A stretch of DNA of 64,000 bases, from the NCBI GenBank assembly GCA_964449145.1, contig CAYUYF010000006.1, forward strand, positions 2,847-66,846, written 5' to 3'. Below are positions 17,799 to 26,353 of the stretch, piece after piece. The DNA comes from an uncultured Gemmatimonadaceae bacterium (GTDB lineage Bacteria; Gemmatimonadota; Gemmatimonadetes; Gemmatimonadales; GWC2-71-9). Position numbers and translations under genes: made by a program. Below the pieces are notes generated by a model, which was not told the DNA's origin, did no database searches, and saw only the letters and a program-made list of their open reading frames with translations. How positions within the stretch are numbered: position 1 is the stretch's first letter; every line of letters begins with the position of its first letter.

Positions 17799-18665
17799 AT
17801 GATCGCAATTATCGGCCTGTTGATCGTGATTGGCTCGGTGGTGGGGGGGTTCTCCATCGCCGGTGGCCACATGGCTGCGCTGTTTCACGTCTCCGAGATC
17901 GTCACGATCGTCGGGATCGCGTTCGGGACGGTCCTGATCTCCACGCCGGGCGCGGTGCTCAAGGCACTGGGCGGGAAGCTGGGCGTGGTCTTCAAGGGCA
18001 GCCGGTTCAGCCGGGAGCTCTATCTGGACGCGCTCCGGATGCTCTACGAGCTGTTCCAGGTCGCGCGGAAGGATGGGCTGGTGGCCATCGAGAGCCACAT
18101 CGAAGAGCCCGGCAAGAGCGCCATCTTCAAGAAGTACCCCAAGGTCCTCCACGAGCACCACGCCATGGAGTTCCTGTGCGATTCGCTGCGCCTGGTCCTG
18201 GTCGGCAGCGTGCCACCGCACGATCTCGACGCCCTCATGGATGGGGAGATGGACGTCCACCACGAGGAGGCGGGCAAACCCGCCAGCGCGCTCCAGAAAG
18301 TCGGGGACGCGCTCCCCGGCATCGGGATCGTGGCGGCGGTGCTCGGGATCGTCGTGACCATGGCCGCAATCTCGGGCCCGGTGGAAATCATCGGCGAGAA
18401 GGTCGCCGCCGCGCTGACCGGCACCTTTCTCGGCGTGCTGCTGGCGTACGGCTTCGTCAGCCCGCTCTCGACCGCCATCGAGCACATCAATTCCGAGGAG
18501 TCGCGGTTCTTCGCCTTCTTCAAGGCCAGTGTAGTCGCCTTTGCCAAGGGGTTTGCGCCGATCGTGGCGGTGGAGTTCGCCCGGCGGGCGATCTTCTCCA
18601 ACAGCCGACCGACCTTCCAGGAGATGGAAACGGCCTGCAAGCTGGCCGCCAAGGCTGGGAAGTAG
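17799..18665 (+). CDS. motA: Flagellar stator protein MotA
   Basis: Four-TM MotA/TolQ/ExbB layout. N-terminus MIAIIGLLIVIGSVVGGF; C-terminal plug/channel region ALPGIGIVAAVLGIVVTM...GTFLGVLLAYGF. Confidence 0.93.
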   Translation: MIAIIGLLIVIGSVVGGFSIAGGHMAALFHVSEIVTIVGIAFGTVLISTPGAVLKALGGKLGVVFKGSRFSRELYLDALRMLYELFQVARKDGLVAIESHIEEPGKSAIFKKYPKVLHEHHAMEFLCDSLRLVLVGSVPPHDLDALMDGEMDVHHEEAGKPASALQKVGDALPGIGIVAAVLGIVVTMAAISGPVEIIGEKVAAALTGTFLGVLLAYGFVSPLSTAIEHINSEESRFFAFFKASVVAFAKGFAPIVAVEFARRAIFSNSRPTFQEMETACKLAAKAGK

Positions 18666-18668
18666 CCC

Positions 18669-19505
18669 ATGAACAAGGCCCGCGAACAGCCCATCATCAT
18701 CATCAAGAAGAAGGTGCAGGGGCACGCCCATCACGGCGGCGCCTGGAAGGTGGCGTTCGCCGATTTCATGACGGCGATGTTCGCGATGTTCTTGGTGCTG
18801 TGGATCGTGGGCCAGTCGAGCGACGTCAAGTCGGCCATCGCGGGGTATTTCCAGGATCCCCTCGGCCGGGCCAGCGAGTTCGGCAGCTCGATCATGGAGG
18901 GCGAAGGCGCGCAGTCCCAGAGCCCCCGGATCATGGCCCCGAGCCAGGTGATCGACCTGCGCCGGGACCGGTTGCGCCAGCTGGCCGAACAGATCAAGCA
19001 GACCGTGCGCGAGGTCCCGGCCCTGGCGTCGCTGGCCGAGCATGTCGAGATCGAAATCACCGAGGAAGGGCTCCGGATCCAGCTGCTGGAGGATTCGGCC
19101 GGCGTGTTCTTCGAGAGCGGCAACGCGATCCCCAAACCGCCGGGAGTCCTCCTGCTGCGCTTCCTCGGGCGGGAGCTGGCTTCCCTGCCCAATGGGGTAG
19201 TCATCGAGGGGCACACCGACGCCCGCCCCTACCGCCGCGCCGATGGCTACTCCAACTGGGAGCTCAGCGTCGACCGCGCCAATGCCGCCCGGCGGATCAT
19301 GCTGGCCGGCGGTCTCAATGAGGCACAGGTCCAGCAGGTCCGGGGCTGGGCCGACCGCCGGCTGCGGGACGCGGACCGACCCGACGCCGACGCCAACCGC
19401 CGCGTCAGCGTCACCATGCTGCTGCCCCGAACCATGGACGCCGACTCCCTCGCCACGGTCCCCGACTCCGCCAACCGCGCCCCCGGGGTGGTGGGGTCCC
19501 GGTGA
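18669..19505 (+). CDS. motB: Flagellar stator protein MotB (OmpA-like C-terminus)
   Basis: N-terminus GGAWKVAFADFMTAMFAMFLVLW contains the conserved Asp. The OmpA-like domain has GHTD...NWELSVDRANAARR. Confidence 0.92.
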   Translation: MNKAREQPIIIIKKKVQGHAHHGGAWKVAFADFMTAMFAMFLVLWIVGQSSDVKSAIAGYFQDPLGRASEFGSSIMEGEGAQSQSPRIMAPSQVIDLRRDRLRQLAEQIKQTVREVPALASLAEHVEIEITEEGLRIQLLEDSAGVFFESGNAIPKPPGVLLLRFLGRELASLPNGVVIEGHTDARPYRRADGYSNWELSVDRANAARRIMLAGGLNEAQVQQVRGWADRRLRDADRPDADANRRVSVTMLLPRTMDADSLATVPDSANRAPGVVGSR

Positions 19506-20683
19506 CAGCCGCCGAGCGGATAGTGCTCCTGGTGGACGACGATCCGCTTACCCTGACCCATTTTCATGCCGTCCTGAGCAGTGAGTCGTCACTGCGGGTG
19601 GTCACCGCCGCGAACGGCGTGGAAGGGCTCCAGCTCGCCCGGGAGCTCCACCCGGACATGATCATCTCGGACTACCGGATGCCGGAGATGGACGGCTTCG
19701 AGTTCTGCCGTCAGGTCCGCTCCGACCCGGAGCTCGCGGGCTGCATGTTCATCGTGCTCAGCGGGTTCAGCGATACCGTGCTCAAGGTCCGTGGGCTGGA
19801 CATCGGCGTGGACGACTATCTCACCAAGCCGATCGAAGTACCCGAACTGCTGGCCCGGGTCCGGGCGGGATTGCGGATGAAGGCGCTGCAGGACGAGCTC
19901 CGCCGGGACCGCGACCAGATCGAGACGCTCCATGCCGAGCTGGGGCGGAGCTTCGAGCAGCTGCTCCAGCTGCTTATCCACCTGGTGGACCTGGGTCTCC
20001 CCGGGGCGGCCGAGCGAGGCCGGAGAATCCGCCTGCTCGCCGGCCGGATCGCGGAGCGCTTCGAGATCCCCGCGGAGCTGGTCGCAGACCTCGAGCTCGC
20101 GGCCCAGCTGCACGAGATCGGTCGGGTGGTCGATGCCGCCCACCACCCGGGGGGCGGCGTGTACCCCGACTGGCACTACGCCGTGGTCTCGGCAACGCTG
20201 CTGGACCAGGTGGAGCGGCTCAAGGGAGCCAGCGAGCTCATCGGGGGGCTTTACGAGAACTGGGACGGGACCGGGATGCCCAACCACTACGTCTCGGGGC
20301 AGATCCCGCTGCGGGCGCGGGTGCTGCGGGTGGCGATCGATTTTGACCGGCTGGTCTCCGGCGATACCGGACGGCGTCGCTCGCCAGCCGAGGCCGTCGA
20401 GGAGCTCGGCGACCAGATGGGAACCAGGTACGACCCCCTGGCCATTCGGCACCTCGAATCGGTGGTGCTGGACCAGCCCCGGGAGCAGTGGGAGACGACC
20501 CGCAGCCAGGTCGGCGTGGACCAGTTGCTCGAGGGGATGGTGCTGGCGGCCGATCTCTGCACCAGCTCGGGGATCAAGCTGCTGTCGAAGGGCACCACCA
20601 TCAGCCGCAGCATGCTCGAGGTGATCGAGCGCCGCAACCTGGCCGACCCGATTCTGGACGGCGTCTGGATCACCCGCCGCTAG
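19502..20683 (+). CDS. Response regulator with a degenerate HD-GYP domain and a C-terminal DUF3391-like module
   Basis: REC motifs VLLVDDDP...ISDYRMPEMDG...TKP. The HD-GYP-like core reads HEIG (not HD), LYENWDGTGMP (not HHE...GYP), then IDFDRL. The GTG start overlaps the motB stop (GTGA). Confidence 0.85.
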   Translation: MTAAERIVLLVDDDPLTLTHFHAVLSSESSLRVVTAANGVEGLQLARELHPDMIISDYRMPEMDGFEFCRQVRSDPELAGCMFIVLSGFSDTVLKVRGLDIGVDDYLTKPIEVPELLARVRAGLRMKALQDELRRDRDQIETLHAELGRSFEQLLQLLIHLVDLGLPGAAERGRRIRLLAGRIAERFEIPAELVADLELAAQLHEIGRVVDAAHHPGGGVYPDWHYAVVSATLLDQVERLKGASELIGGLYENWDGTGMPNHYVSGQIPLRARVLRVAIDFDRLVSGDTGRRRSPAEAVEELGDQMGTRYDPLAIRHLESVVLDQPREQWETTRSQVGVDQLLEGMVLAADLCTSSGIKLLSKGTTISRSMLEVIERRNLADPILDGVWITRR

Positions 20684-20749
20684 GCCGCTCCGTGGTTGCC
20701 CCCCCGAGGCGGCGTGGGTTAGCTTTTTGCGGCCCCCGGGAGATCCAAC

Positions 20750-21493
20750 GTGACCATGGTTTCCGTTCCAGCCGAGCTGGTGCAGGCCTCGCCGCAGTTC
20801 CAGGAAGCCCTCATCCGTGCCGATCGCGCCGCCGTCGTGGCTACCCTGGTACGGGGCATCGCGCACGACCTGCGGGGGCCGCTGCAAACGCTCAACCTGC
20901 TGGTGGACCCCCACGCGGACCTGCTCGCCAACGCCGACGGGGCCCGCTTTCGCGGCGCCATGAGCGACTCGGTCCAGCATCTGGCCGAGACCATCTCCCG
21001 ATTCAGCCAGATCTACGCCCCGCCCGACACCGAACCGGCACCGGTGATCGTGGACGAGGTCCTGGGCTACGTGGTGGACCTGCAGCGATACCAGCGCGGG
21101 CTGCCGGCGGCCGAGGTAGACCTGCGTCTGGCGGCCGGGCTGGCGCCGGTACGCGGCATGGAGGGTCTCCTGCGGCACCTGCTGCTCACCCTGGTCATCA
21201 ACGCCAAGGAGGCGATGGCGGGACAGGAAGAGGGCCGGATTGTGCTGGGGACGCAGACGGTGGATGGGGCAGTGGTCATCGCCGTGGAGGACAACGGCTC
21301 GGGAATGGGGCCCGAGGTGCGGCGCCGGGCCTTTGACCCCTTCTACAGCACCCGCAGCGGCCACCTGGGGCTCGGACTGAGTACGGCGCGCTGGCTGGCG
21401 GCCCGCCAGGGCGGCACGGTGGACCTGGCCGAGGGCGCCCGCGGGGGCACCCGAGTGACGGTGACCCTGCCGGCGTGGAGCCGCGGCCGCTAG
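20750..21493 (+). CDS. Soluble histidine kinase without a recognisable sensor domain
   Basis: H-box IAHDLRGPLQ begins about 37 aa from the N-terminus. ATPase boxes LVINAKEAM, EDNGSGM, FDPFYSTR, GLGLS. GTG start after GGGAG. Confidence 0.8.
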   Translation: MTMVSVPAELVQASPQFQEALIRADRAAVVATLVRGIAHDLRGPLQTLNLLVDPHADLLANADGARFRGAMSDSVQHLAETISRFSQIYAPPDTEPAPVIVDEVLGYVVDLQRYQRGLPAAEVDLRLAAGLAPVRGMEGLLRHLLLTLVINAKEAMAGQEEGRIVLGTQTVDGAVVIAVEDNGSGMGPEVRRRAFDPFYSTRSGHLGLGLSTARWLAARQGGTVDLAEGARGGTRVTVTLPAWSRGR

Positions 21494-21720
21494 GGCTCCT
21501 TCAGCGGAATCGTATCCAGCCAGTCGGCGCCGGTGGACCGGGCATTGGCACGCCGGTTTTCCTCGGCGACGCGCGAGACCAGCTCCTCCCGCTGGATGTT
21601 GACGGTCGTCGGGGCCTCGATCCCGATGCGGGCCCCGCGACGATCGCTGGACAGCACGATGATCCGGATCCCACCCTCGATGATGATCGCCTCTCCCTGG
21701 CGACGGTTCAGTATCAGCAC
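21490..21720 (-). CDS. csrA: Carbon storage regulator CsrA (FliW-type with C-terminal extension)
   Basis: MLILNRRQGEAIII...IGIEAPTTVNIQREEL is the canonical CsrA fold. The protein is 76 aa and is the last gene of the flagellar operon. Confidence 0.93.
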   Translation of the reverse strand: MLILNRRQGEAIIIEGGIRIIVLSSDRRGARIGIEAPTTVNIQREELVSRVAEENRRANARSTGADWLDTIPLKEP

Positions 21721-21747
21721 AGCTCTCCTTGCGTGTGCGGTGCCGGC

Positions 21748-23118
21748 CTAACGCACCATCCCCAGGACATCCTGCATCATCTCGTCGGCGACCGACACCA
21801 GCCGGGCCGCGGCCGCAAAGGCGTTCTGCTGGGTAATCATGTGGGTGAGTTCTTCATCAATGGACACCCCGCTGATGCTCTTGCGCTGGCTGTCGGTGTA
21901 ATTGACGATCACGTCCTGGGCCTCCTGCCGCTGCCCGGCGTCGCGGAGTGCCACCCCGATGTCCGAGACCATTCGCTGGTAGGCCACGCCGATGGTGTCG
22001 CCGCCGAAGCTGGCGACACCGCCGGTCCGGAGGGCGGCGATGGCCAGAGCCACCGAGTTGTCACCGGGCCCGCCGCTTGCCCCGGCCGCGATGTTGTCGG
22101 AGCTCAAGAGTACCGCCTGGCTCAGGGAGAACCCCTGGGCCGTGGTGCCGGCCGGGTCGAAGAAATCGATCCCGGTCGCCCCGGCGAGGTTCCGGCCGCC
22201 GCGGTGCAGGGCGTTGACTTCGGCCACGATGCCGGCCGCCAGCTGGTCCAGGCGGCTCCGCACCCCTGGAATCGTCCGGGTGGACAGTTCCGTCAGGGCC
22301 GCCAGCTCTCCGCCCTGCAGGTTGAGCAGGCCGGAGACCCCGCTCGAGGCGACCCCGTACGCTCCGTTGCCGAGACTCCGCAGCTCCAGCGGCATGGACT
22401 GCGCCGCGTCCACGACCATGGCGTCACCCGCCAGCACCCCGATCGTCCCATCCCCGCGGTCCACCACTCGCACGCTGATCAGGCCGGAGAGCTTGTCCAC
22501 CAGCAGGTCCCGCCGGTCCATCACATCCGGCGCCGCGCGATCCCCGGAGGAGCCGGACCGGATCTCGACGTTGAGGTCGGCGATTTCCCGTGCGATGGCG
22601 TTGACCTCGGTGAGGATCCCCTCCATTCGGGTCACCGTCTCTGCCGCCAGATCGCCAAGCCGATGGTCGGCAGCCCGGAACCGTCCAGCCAGGGTCTCTG
22701 CCGACTGCCGCACCAGCTGGCGCGGCGCCTTGCCGGCGGGATCGTTGGCCAGGTCGCCGAAGGCGGAGAAGAGCTGGTCAATGCCCGCGCCGAGGCCAAG
22801 ATCGCTGGGCTCGCCGAATACGCCCTCGACGCTGCCAAGCATGTCGCGCAGCGTGGTGAAACCACCGAGCTCACCGTTCTGGCGGCGGTAGGTCGCGTCC
22901 AGGATCTGGTTCCGCATGCGGGCGATGCCGTCGGCCCCCACCCCGCGGCCCAGTTGGCCCAGGGTCGTCCGCAGCGGTGTCAAGGCGCTCTGGTTGAGGC
23001 GCTGGCGGCTGTACCCCTCGGTGCTCGCGTTGGCGATGTTATGCCCGGTGGTGTCGATGGCGCGCTGGTGGGTAATCAGCGCCGACCGCGCGATGCTCAG
23101 CAGACTGGAGAGTCCCAT
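21748..23118 (-). CDS. flgK: Flagellar hook-associated protein 1 FlgK
   Basis: N-terminus MGLSSLLSIARSALITHQRAIDTTGHNIANASTEGYSRQ; C-terminus EELTHMITQQNAFAAAARLVS. Confidence 0.9.
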   Translation of the reverse strand: MGLSSLLSIARSALITHQRAIDTTGHNIANASTEGYSRQRLNQSALTPLRTTLGQLGRGVGADGIARMRNQILDATYRRQNGELGGFTTLRDMLGSVEGVFGEPSDLGLGAGIDQLFSAFGDLANDPAGKAPRQLVRQSAETLAGRFRAADHRLGDLAAETVTRMEGILTEVNAIAREIADLNVEIRSGSSGDRAAPDVMDRRDLLVDKLSGLISVRVVDRGDGTIGVLAGDAMVVDAAQSMPLELRSLGNGAYGVASSGVSGLLNLQGGELAALTELSTRTIPGVRSRLDQLAAGIVAEVNALHRGGRNLAGATGIDFFDPAGTTAQGFSLSQAVLLSSDNIAAGASGGPGDNSVALAIAALRTGGVASFGGDTIGVAYQRMVSDIGVALRDAGQRQEAQDVIVNYTDSQRKSISGVSIDEELTHMITQQNAFAAAARLVSVADEMMQDVLGMVR

Positions 23119-23120
23119 GG

Positions 23121-23657
23121 TCAGGCGGTCCGGTTGAGGATCAGCCCGCTCTGCGGCCCCGGCTCGTTGGGTCGGTCGCCGCGCTGGTAGCCCGCCGCGG
23201 GATCGCCCGCCATCGAGAAGAGCCGCTGCAGGAAGAGATCCCCCGCATCCATCGCGCGCCGGAGGATGTGCTGGTTGATGGCCAGGTCTTGCGCCGCCAG
23301 CAGGGCGGAACGCTTCACCATGGCGCGGGCCTCCTCCACCTCACGGGGAAGGATGCCACCGAGCAGCTGTTCCAGCCGCTCCAGCGGGGTGGGGTTGCCG
23401 CCGGCAATGAGCGCCGTGAGGGCGGCGCGTCGCCGCTTGGCCTCATCCAGCGTCAGCAGGGTGCGCCCCATCGCGTGAATGCTCGACTCAATCATCTCGG
23501 CGTCGTCCGCTGCCACCCCGGCACGTTGCCGCAGCAGCGCCTGGCGCAGCTCCTCGATCACGTTGGCCTCGTACAGGAGGGCGTCGGCAAGGTCCGCCAG
23601 CCGCCCGGAGGCGTCGGCGTCGGCCGCGATGAACTCCTGGTGCCCGTGGGCGGTCAT
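23121..23657 (-). CDS. flgN: FlgN-like flagellar export chaperone
   Basis: Helical 178-aa protein (LADALLYEANVIEELRQALLRQR...) immediately upstream of flgK. The call rests on position and composition. Confidence 0.5.
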   Translation of the reverse strand: MTAHGHQEFIAADADASGRLADLADALLYEANVIEELRQALLRQRAGVAADDAEMIESSIHAMGRTLLTLDEAKRRRAALTALIAGGNPTPLERLEQLLGGILPREVEEARAMVKRSALLAAQDLAINQHILRRAMDAGDLFLQRLFSMAGDPAAGYQRGDRPNEPGPQSGLILNRTA

Positions 23658-23971
23658 GGCTCTCCTGCTGCGGAACCGGCGTCAGGCAGCCGGCGGCTCA
23701 ACTGGCGGTACAGCGCCTGGCTCAGCTCGCTGTGAGCCCGCTCGGCGTGAATCCGGGACAGCCGCTCATCCAGCATCCCGGTGAACAGCTCCTGTCCCGG
23801 GTCCTGGGTCAGGATGCCCTGGCTGGGCGTCGTCGCCCGCATGGCCTTGAACAGCTCGTTGATGAACACCGCCTCCAGATCCTGTGCCGCCTGGCGGAGT
23901 CGGGCGTGGTCGTCCGGCCGCTCGGCGCCGATGCGGAGCGGCGCTCCTGAAACGGGGCCGACGTCGCTCAC
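23654..23971 (-). CDS. flgJ: Rod-binding protein (FlgJ N-terminal domain only, no muramidase domain)
   Basis: AAQDLEAVFINELFKAMR...ELFTGMLDERLS matches the Rod-binding family pattern. It follows flgI and is only 105 aa. Confidence 0.7.
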   Translation of the reverse strand: MSDVGPVSGAPLRIGAERPDDHARLRQAAQDLEAVFINELFKAMRATTPSQGILTQDPGQELFTGMLDERLSRIHAERAHSELSQALYRQLSRRLPDAGSAAGEP

Positions 23972-25047
23972 CGGACCACCACCTCGGCGCTCAGCGCCCC
24001 CACCTCACGCAGGGCCAGGAACATCGCGGCGATCTCTTGCGGCTTGGCCCCGGCAGCATGCAGTCCTGCGGCAACCTCCTGCACCGTGGCACCTTCACTG
24101 ACGGAGAGGAGACCGGGAGCACCACCGGCGCTGTCCGCGACCGTCCCGCCGATACGGAGGGTCAGTCCTTTGTGGCTGAGCACGGCGGAGGCCACCCGGG
24201 CGGTACCGCCACTGACCACGGTGCCGCTACGGGCATCAATCATGATCCTTGCATCCGGAATCATCCTGACCGGGATCGTATCCACCGACGCCAGGAGTCC
24301 AATCAGATTATCGCCCGCCGGGCCGCTGGGGTTGAGGGTGATCGACCCTGGGTCGTCAACTTTCGCGACACTATCGCCCAGGGCGGCGTTGATTGCCTCG
24401 GCGACCCGCTGGGCCGTCGCCAGCCCGGGTTTGCGCAGCAGCAGCCGCGGCGTCAGCCCCGCGACTTGGGACGGATCGACCTCCAGCACCCCGCCCTCCG
24501 GGATTCTGGCCGAGTTGCCACGGCGTCCCGCCTGGCGCACATCCTCATCGGCGCCCAGCAACGCGCCTTGGGCGGTGGCCACAGGGGCCTGGTCCACATC
24601 GCTGAGCAGCGGCGTGATCCACAACACCCCACCGCGGAGACTGGTGGCATCGCCGATGGAACTCACCTGGACTTCGAACCGGCCACCCGCGCGCAGGTAC
24701 GGCGAGGCCTCGGCCGTCACGATCACCGCGGCCACGTTGCGCGGCCGCAGCCGCTCCGCCGGCACCTCCAGCCCGAACCGCCGCAGCGCATTGGCGATGG
24801 AGCGCACCGTCTGGGTACCGCCGGTGGCATTGCCGAAGGAGCGGTCCCCGCTGCCCTCGAGCCCAATCACCAGGCCGTAGCCGATCAGCCGCCGTGGCAC
24901 GTTGCCGGGAGCGGTCACCAGATCGCCCACCCGTTGCGTGGCCTGCGCGCGCAGCGGCGACCCGGCCAGCGAGAGGAGACCCGCAAGGAAAGCGTGGCAC
25001 AGCCCACGCCGCGCCGAGGCGCCGAGGCGCCGAGTCACGTGTCTCAT
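23968..25047 (-). CDS. flgI: Flagellar P-ring protein FlgI
   Basis: Signal peptide, then RVGDLV...LIGYGLVIGLEGSGD, ARIMIDARSGTVV, and a C-terminus ALREVGALSAEVVV. Confidence 0.95.
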   Translation of the reverse strand: MRHVTRRLGASARRGLCHAFLAGLLSLAGSPLRAQATQRVGDLVTAPGNVPRRLIGYGLVIGLEGSGDRSFGNATGGTQTVRSIANALRRFGLEVPAERLRPRNVAAVIVTAEASPYLRAGGRFEVQVSSIGDATSLRGGVLWITPLLSDVDQAPVATAQGALLGADEDVRQAGRRGNSARIPEGGVLEVDPSQVAGLTPRLLLRKPGLATAQRVAEAINAALGDSVAKVDDPGSITLNPSGPAGDNLIGLLASVDTIPVRMIPDARIMIDARSGTVVSGGTARVASAVLSHKGLTLRIGGTVADSAGGAPGLLSVSEGATVQEVAAGLHAAGAKPQEIAAMFLALREVGALSAEVVVR

Positions 25048-25679
25048 GGCCAGAAGATCGAGAGGATACTGCCAAGGATCCCCTTGGCGGGGCCGATCTT
25101 CTTGCCCTTGTACGTGATGACCGATTCGGCGATGCGGGAGGACGCCACGGTATTCTGGGACGTCACGTCCTCGGGCCGCACGACGCCCTCGACCTGGATC
25201 ACCTGGTTGCGCCCGTCCACCCCGACGGTCTTCTCGCCCTTCACCCGGGCCATTCCGGTCGGTTCTATGGATACGACCCGCACGCTGATGATCGCGGAGA
25301 GGTCGCCGGTGCGACGCGCCTCGCCGCCCGCCCGCGAGTCCTGGCCCAGGCCGCTCTGGAATCCCTTCTGGGGGCCCACGGCGAGGTCGGTGCCGACGTT
25401 GAGGTTGAGGCCCATTTCATTCGAGCGCTTCTTGCTGGCGTTCTCGCTCTGGCGCTCGTGGGAATTGACGGTCTCGTCCACCACGATTGTGACGATGTCG
25501 CCGATCCTGAGCGGTCGCTTGTCGCTGAACCACCCGGCCCGGCTCACAATCGTGGTGCTCTGCACGGCGGGCTGGCCGGCCGGTGGCGCCTGGGTGGCCG
25601 CCGGCCCCGGCGGGGTGGCCTGGGCCGCGAGCGTCGGTGCGGCGGCGGCCAGCAGCAGGGCGGTGGCAAGCATTCGCAT
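25044..25679 (-). CDS. flgH: Flagellar L-ring protein FlgH
   Basis: Signal peptide, then SDKRPLRIGDIVTIVVDE and the FlgH core ISVRVVSIEPTGMARVKGEK...I. Confidence 0.92.
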   Translation of the reverse strand: MRMLATALLLAAAAPTLAAQATPPGPAATQAPPAGQPAVQSTTIVSRAGWFSDKRPLRIGDIVTIVVDETVNSHERQSENASKKRSNEMGLNLNVGTDLAVGPQKGFQSGLGQDSRAGGEARRTGDLSAIISVRVVSIEPTGMARVKGEKTVGVDGRNQVIQVEGVVRPEDVTSQNTVASSRIAESVITYKGKKIGPAKGILGSILSIFWP

Positions 25680-26353
25680 CAGTTCATCCTCGCTTCGCCG
25701 GGCGCGGTCACGGTGGTCTGCAGCACGCCCCGTTGTCGGACGGTGCGAACTCGAAGCGGCGCGCCCAGCGCCGCGTCATGAAGCGCCACTCCTTCGAGGG
25801 CCACGGTCACGCTGCCTGCATTCCAGTGCACCCGCACCGCCTGTCCGGCGCTGACCACCGGGGCCGGCCCGACATGGGCGGCATCCAGGACGGCACCAGG
25901 CACCATGCGCCGGCGGGCCACCCAGCCCGCCTCCACCGCCGGGAAGGAGCCGCCCGCCGGGGGACCCCAGTGGACGTGCGCCTCCGCGCGGATGTCTCCC
26001 GCGGCGAGCATCTGCCCCGCCGCAATGGCGCGCGCCGCCACCTGACGACGCCCGCCGATCCCGGCCCGAAGCCGGATCGCCACCGGTACCCGGTGCGGCG
26101 GTTCCACCAGCAGCGCAAACCAGCCACCCTCGCCACCGCCCAGGAGCCGGAATGGACTCGAGTCGGGGACACCGGCCAGGGATCCGTTGCCCCACGCGAG
26201 GACAAGGCCGGTGGTGTCCACACCCCAGCTCTTGGCGACCGCAGCGGCCAGCCGGGCCTGCAAGCCCGCGGGTACCGTACCGTCCCCCGCCTGGGCCACG
26301 AGCGAGGACGGCGCTGAGGCAAGGAATGCCACCAGGATGAAGGTCTGCCGCAT
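25679..26353 (-). CDS. flgA: Flagellar P-ring assembly chaperone FlgA
   Basis: Signal peptide and a SAF-like C-terminus (IAAGQMLAAGDI...VSAGQAV). It sits between flgG and flgH, with 1-nt overlaps on both sides. Confidence 0.8.
   Translation of the reverse strand: MRQTFILVAFLASAPSSLVAQAGDGTVPAGLQARLAAAVAKSWGVDTTGLVLAWGNGSLAGVPDSSPFRLLGGGEGGWFALLVEPPHRVPVAIRLRAGIGGRRQVAARAIAAGQMLAAGDIRAEAHVHWGPPAGGSFPAVEAGWVARRRMVPGAVLDAAHVGPAPVVSAGQAVRVHWNAGSVTVALEGVALHDAALGAPLRVRTVRQRGVLQTTVTAPGEARMN

Noticed and set aside
16823-19321. Very long ORFs in the six-frame track on the opposite strand or in other frames of well-supported genes. Examples are 16823-19321 (+, 832 aa), 17595-19214 (-), 19589-21364 (-), 21475-23190 (+), 23884-25854 (+), 30796-33210 (+), 33300-35057 (+), 43226-44824 (+), 60546-62270 (-), 62361-63932 (-) and 3015-4442 (+).
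   Set aside because: These are typical high-GC shadow ORFs. Their translations are Arg/Pro/Gly/Ala-rich with no recognisable motifs, and each overlaps a gene with clear family signatures (MotA/B, FlgK, FlgI/H, FlhA/B, FliK, flagellin, FliD).
20716-20730. Sigma54-like string GGGTTA-GCTTT-TTGC upstream of the sensor-less histidine kinase.
   Set aside because: Only GG and TTGC match, and the -24 box is poor. The implied start site (~20742) would fall at or after the GGGAG ribosome-binding site of the GTG start at 20750.
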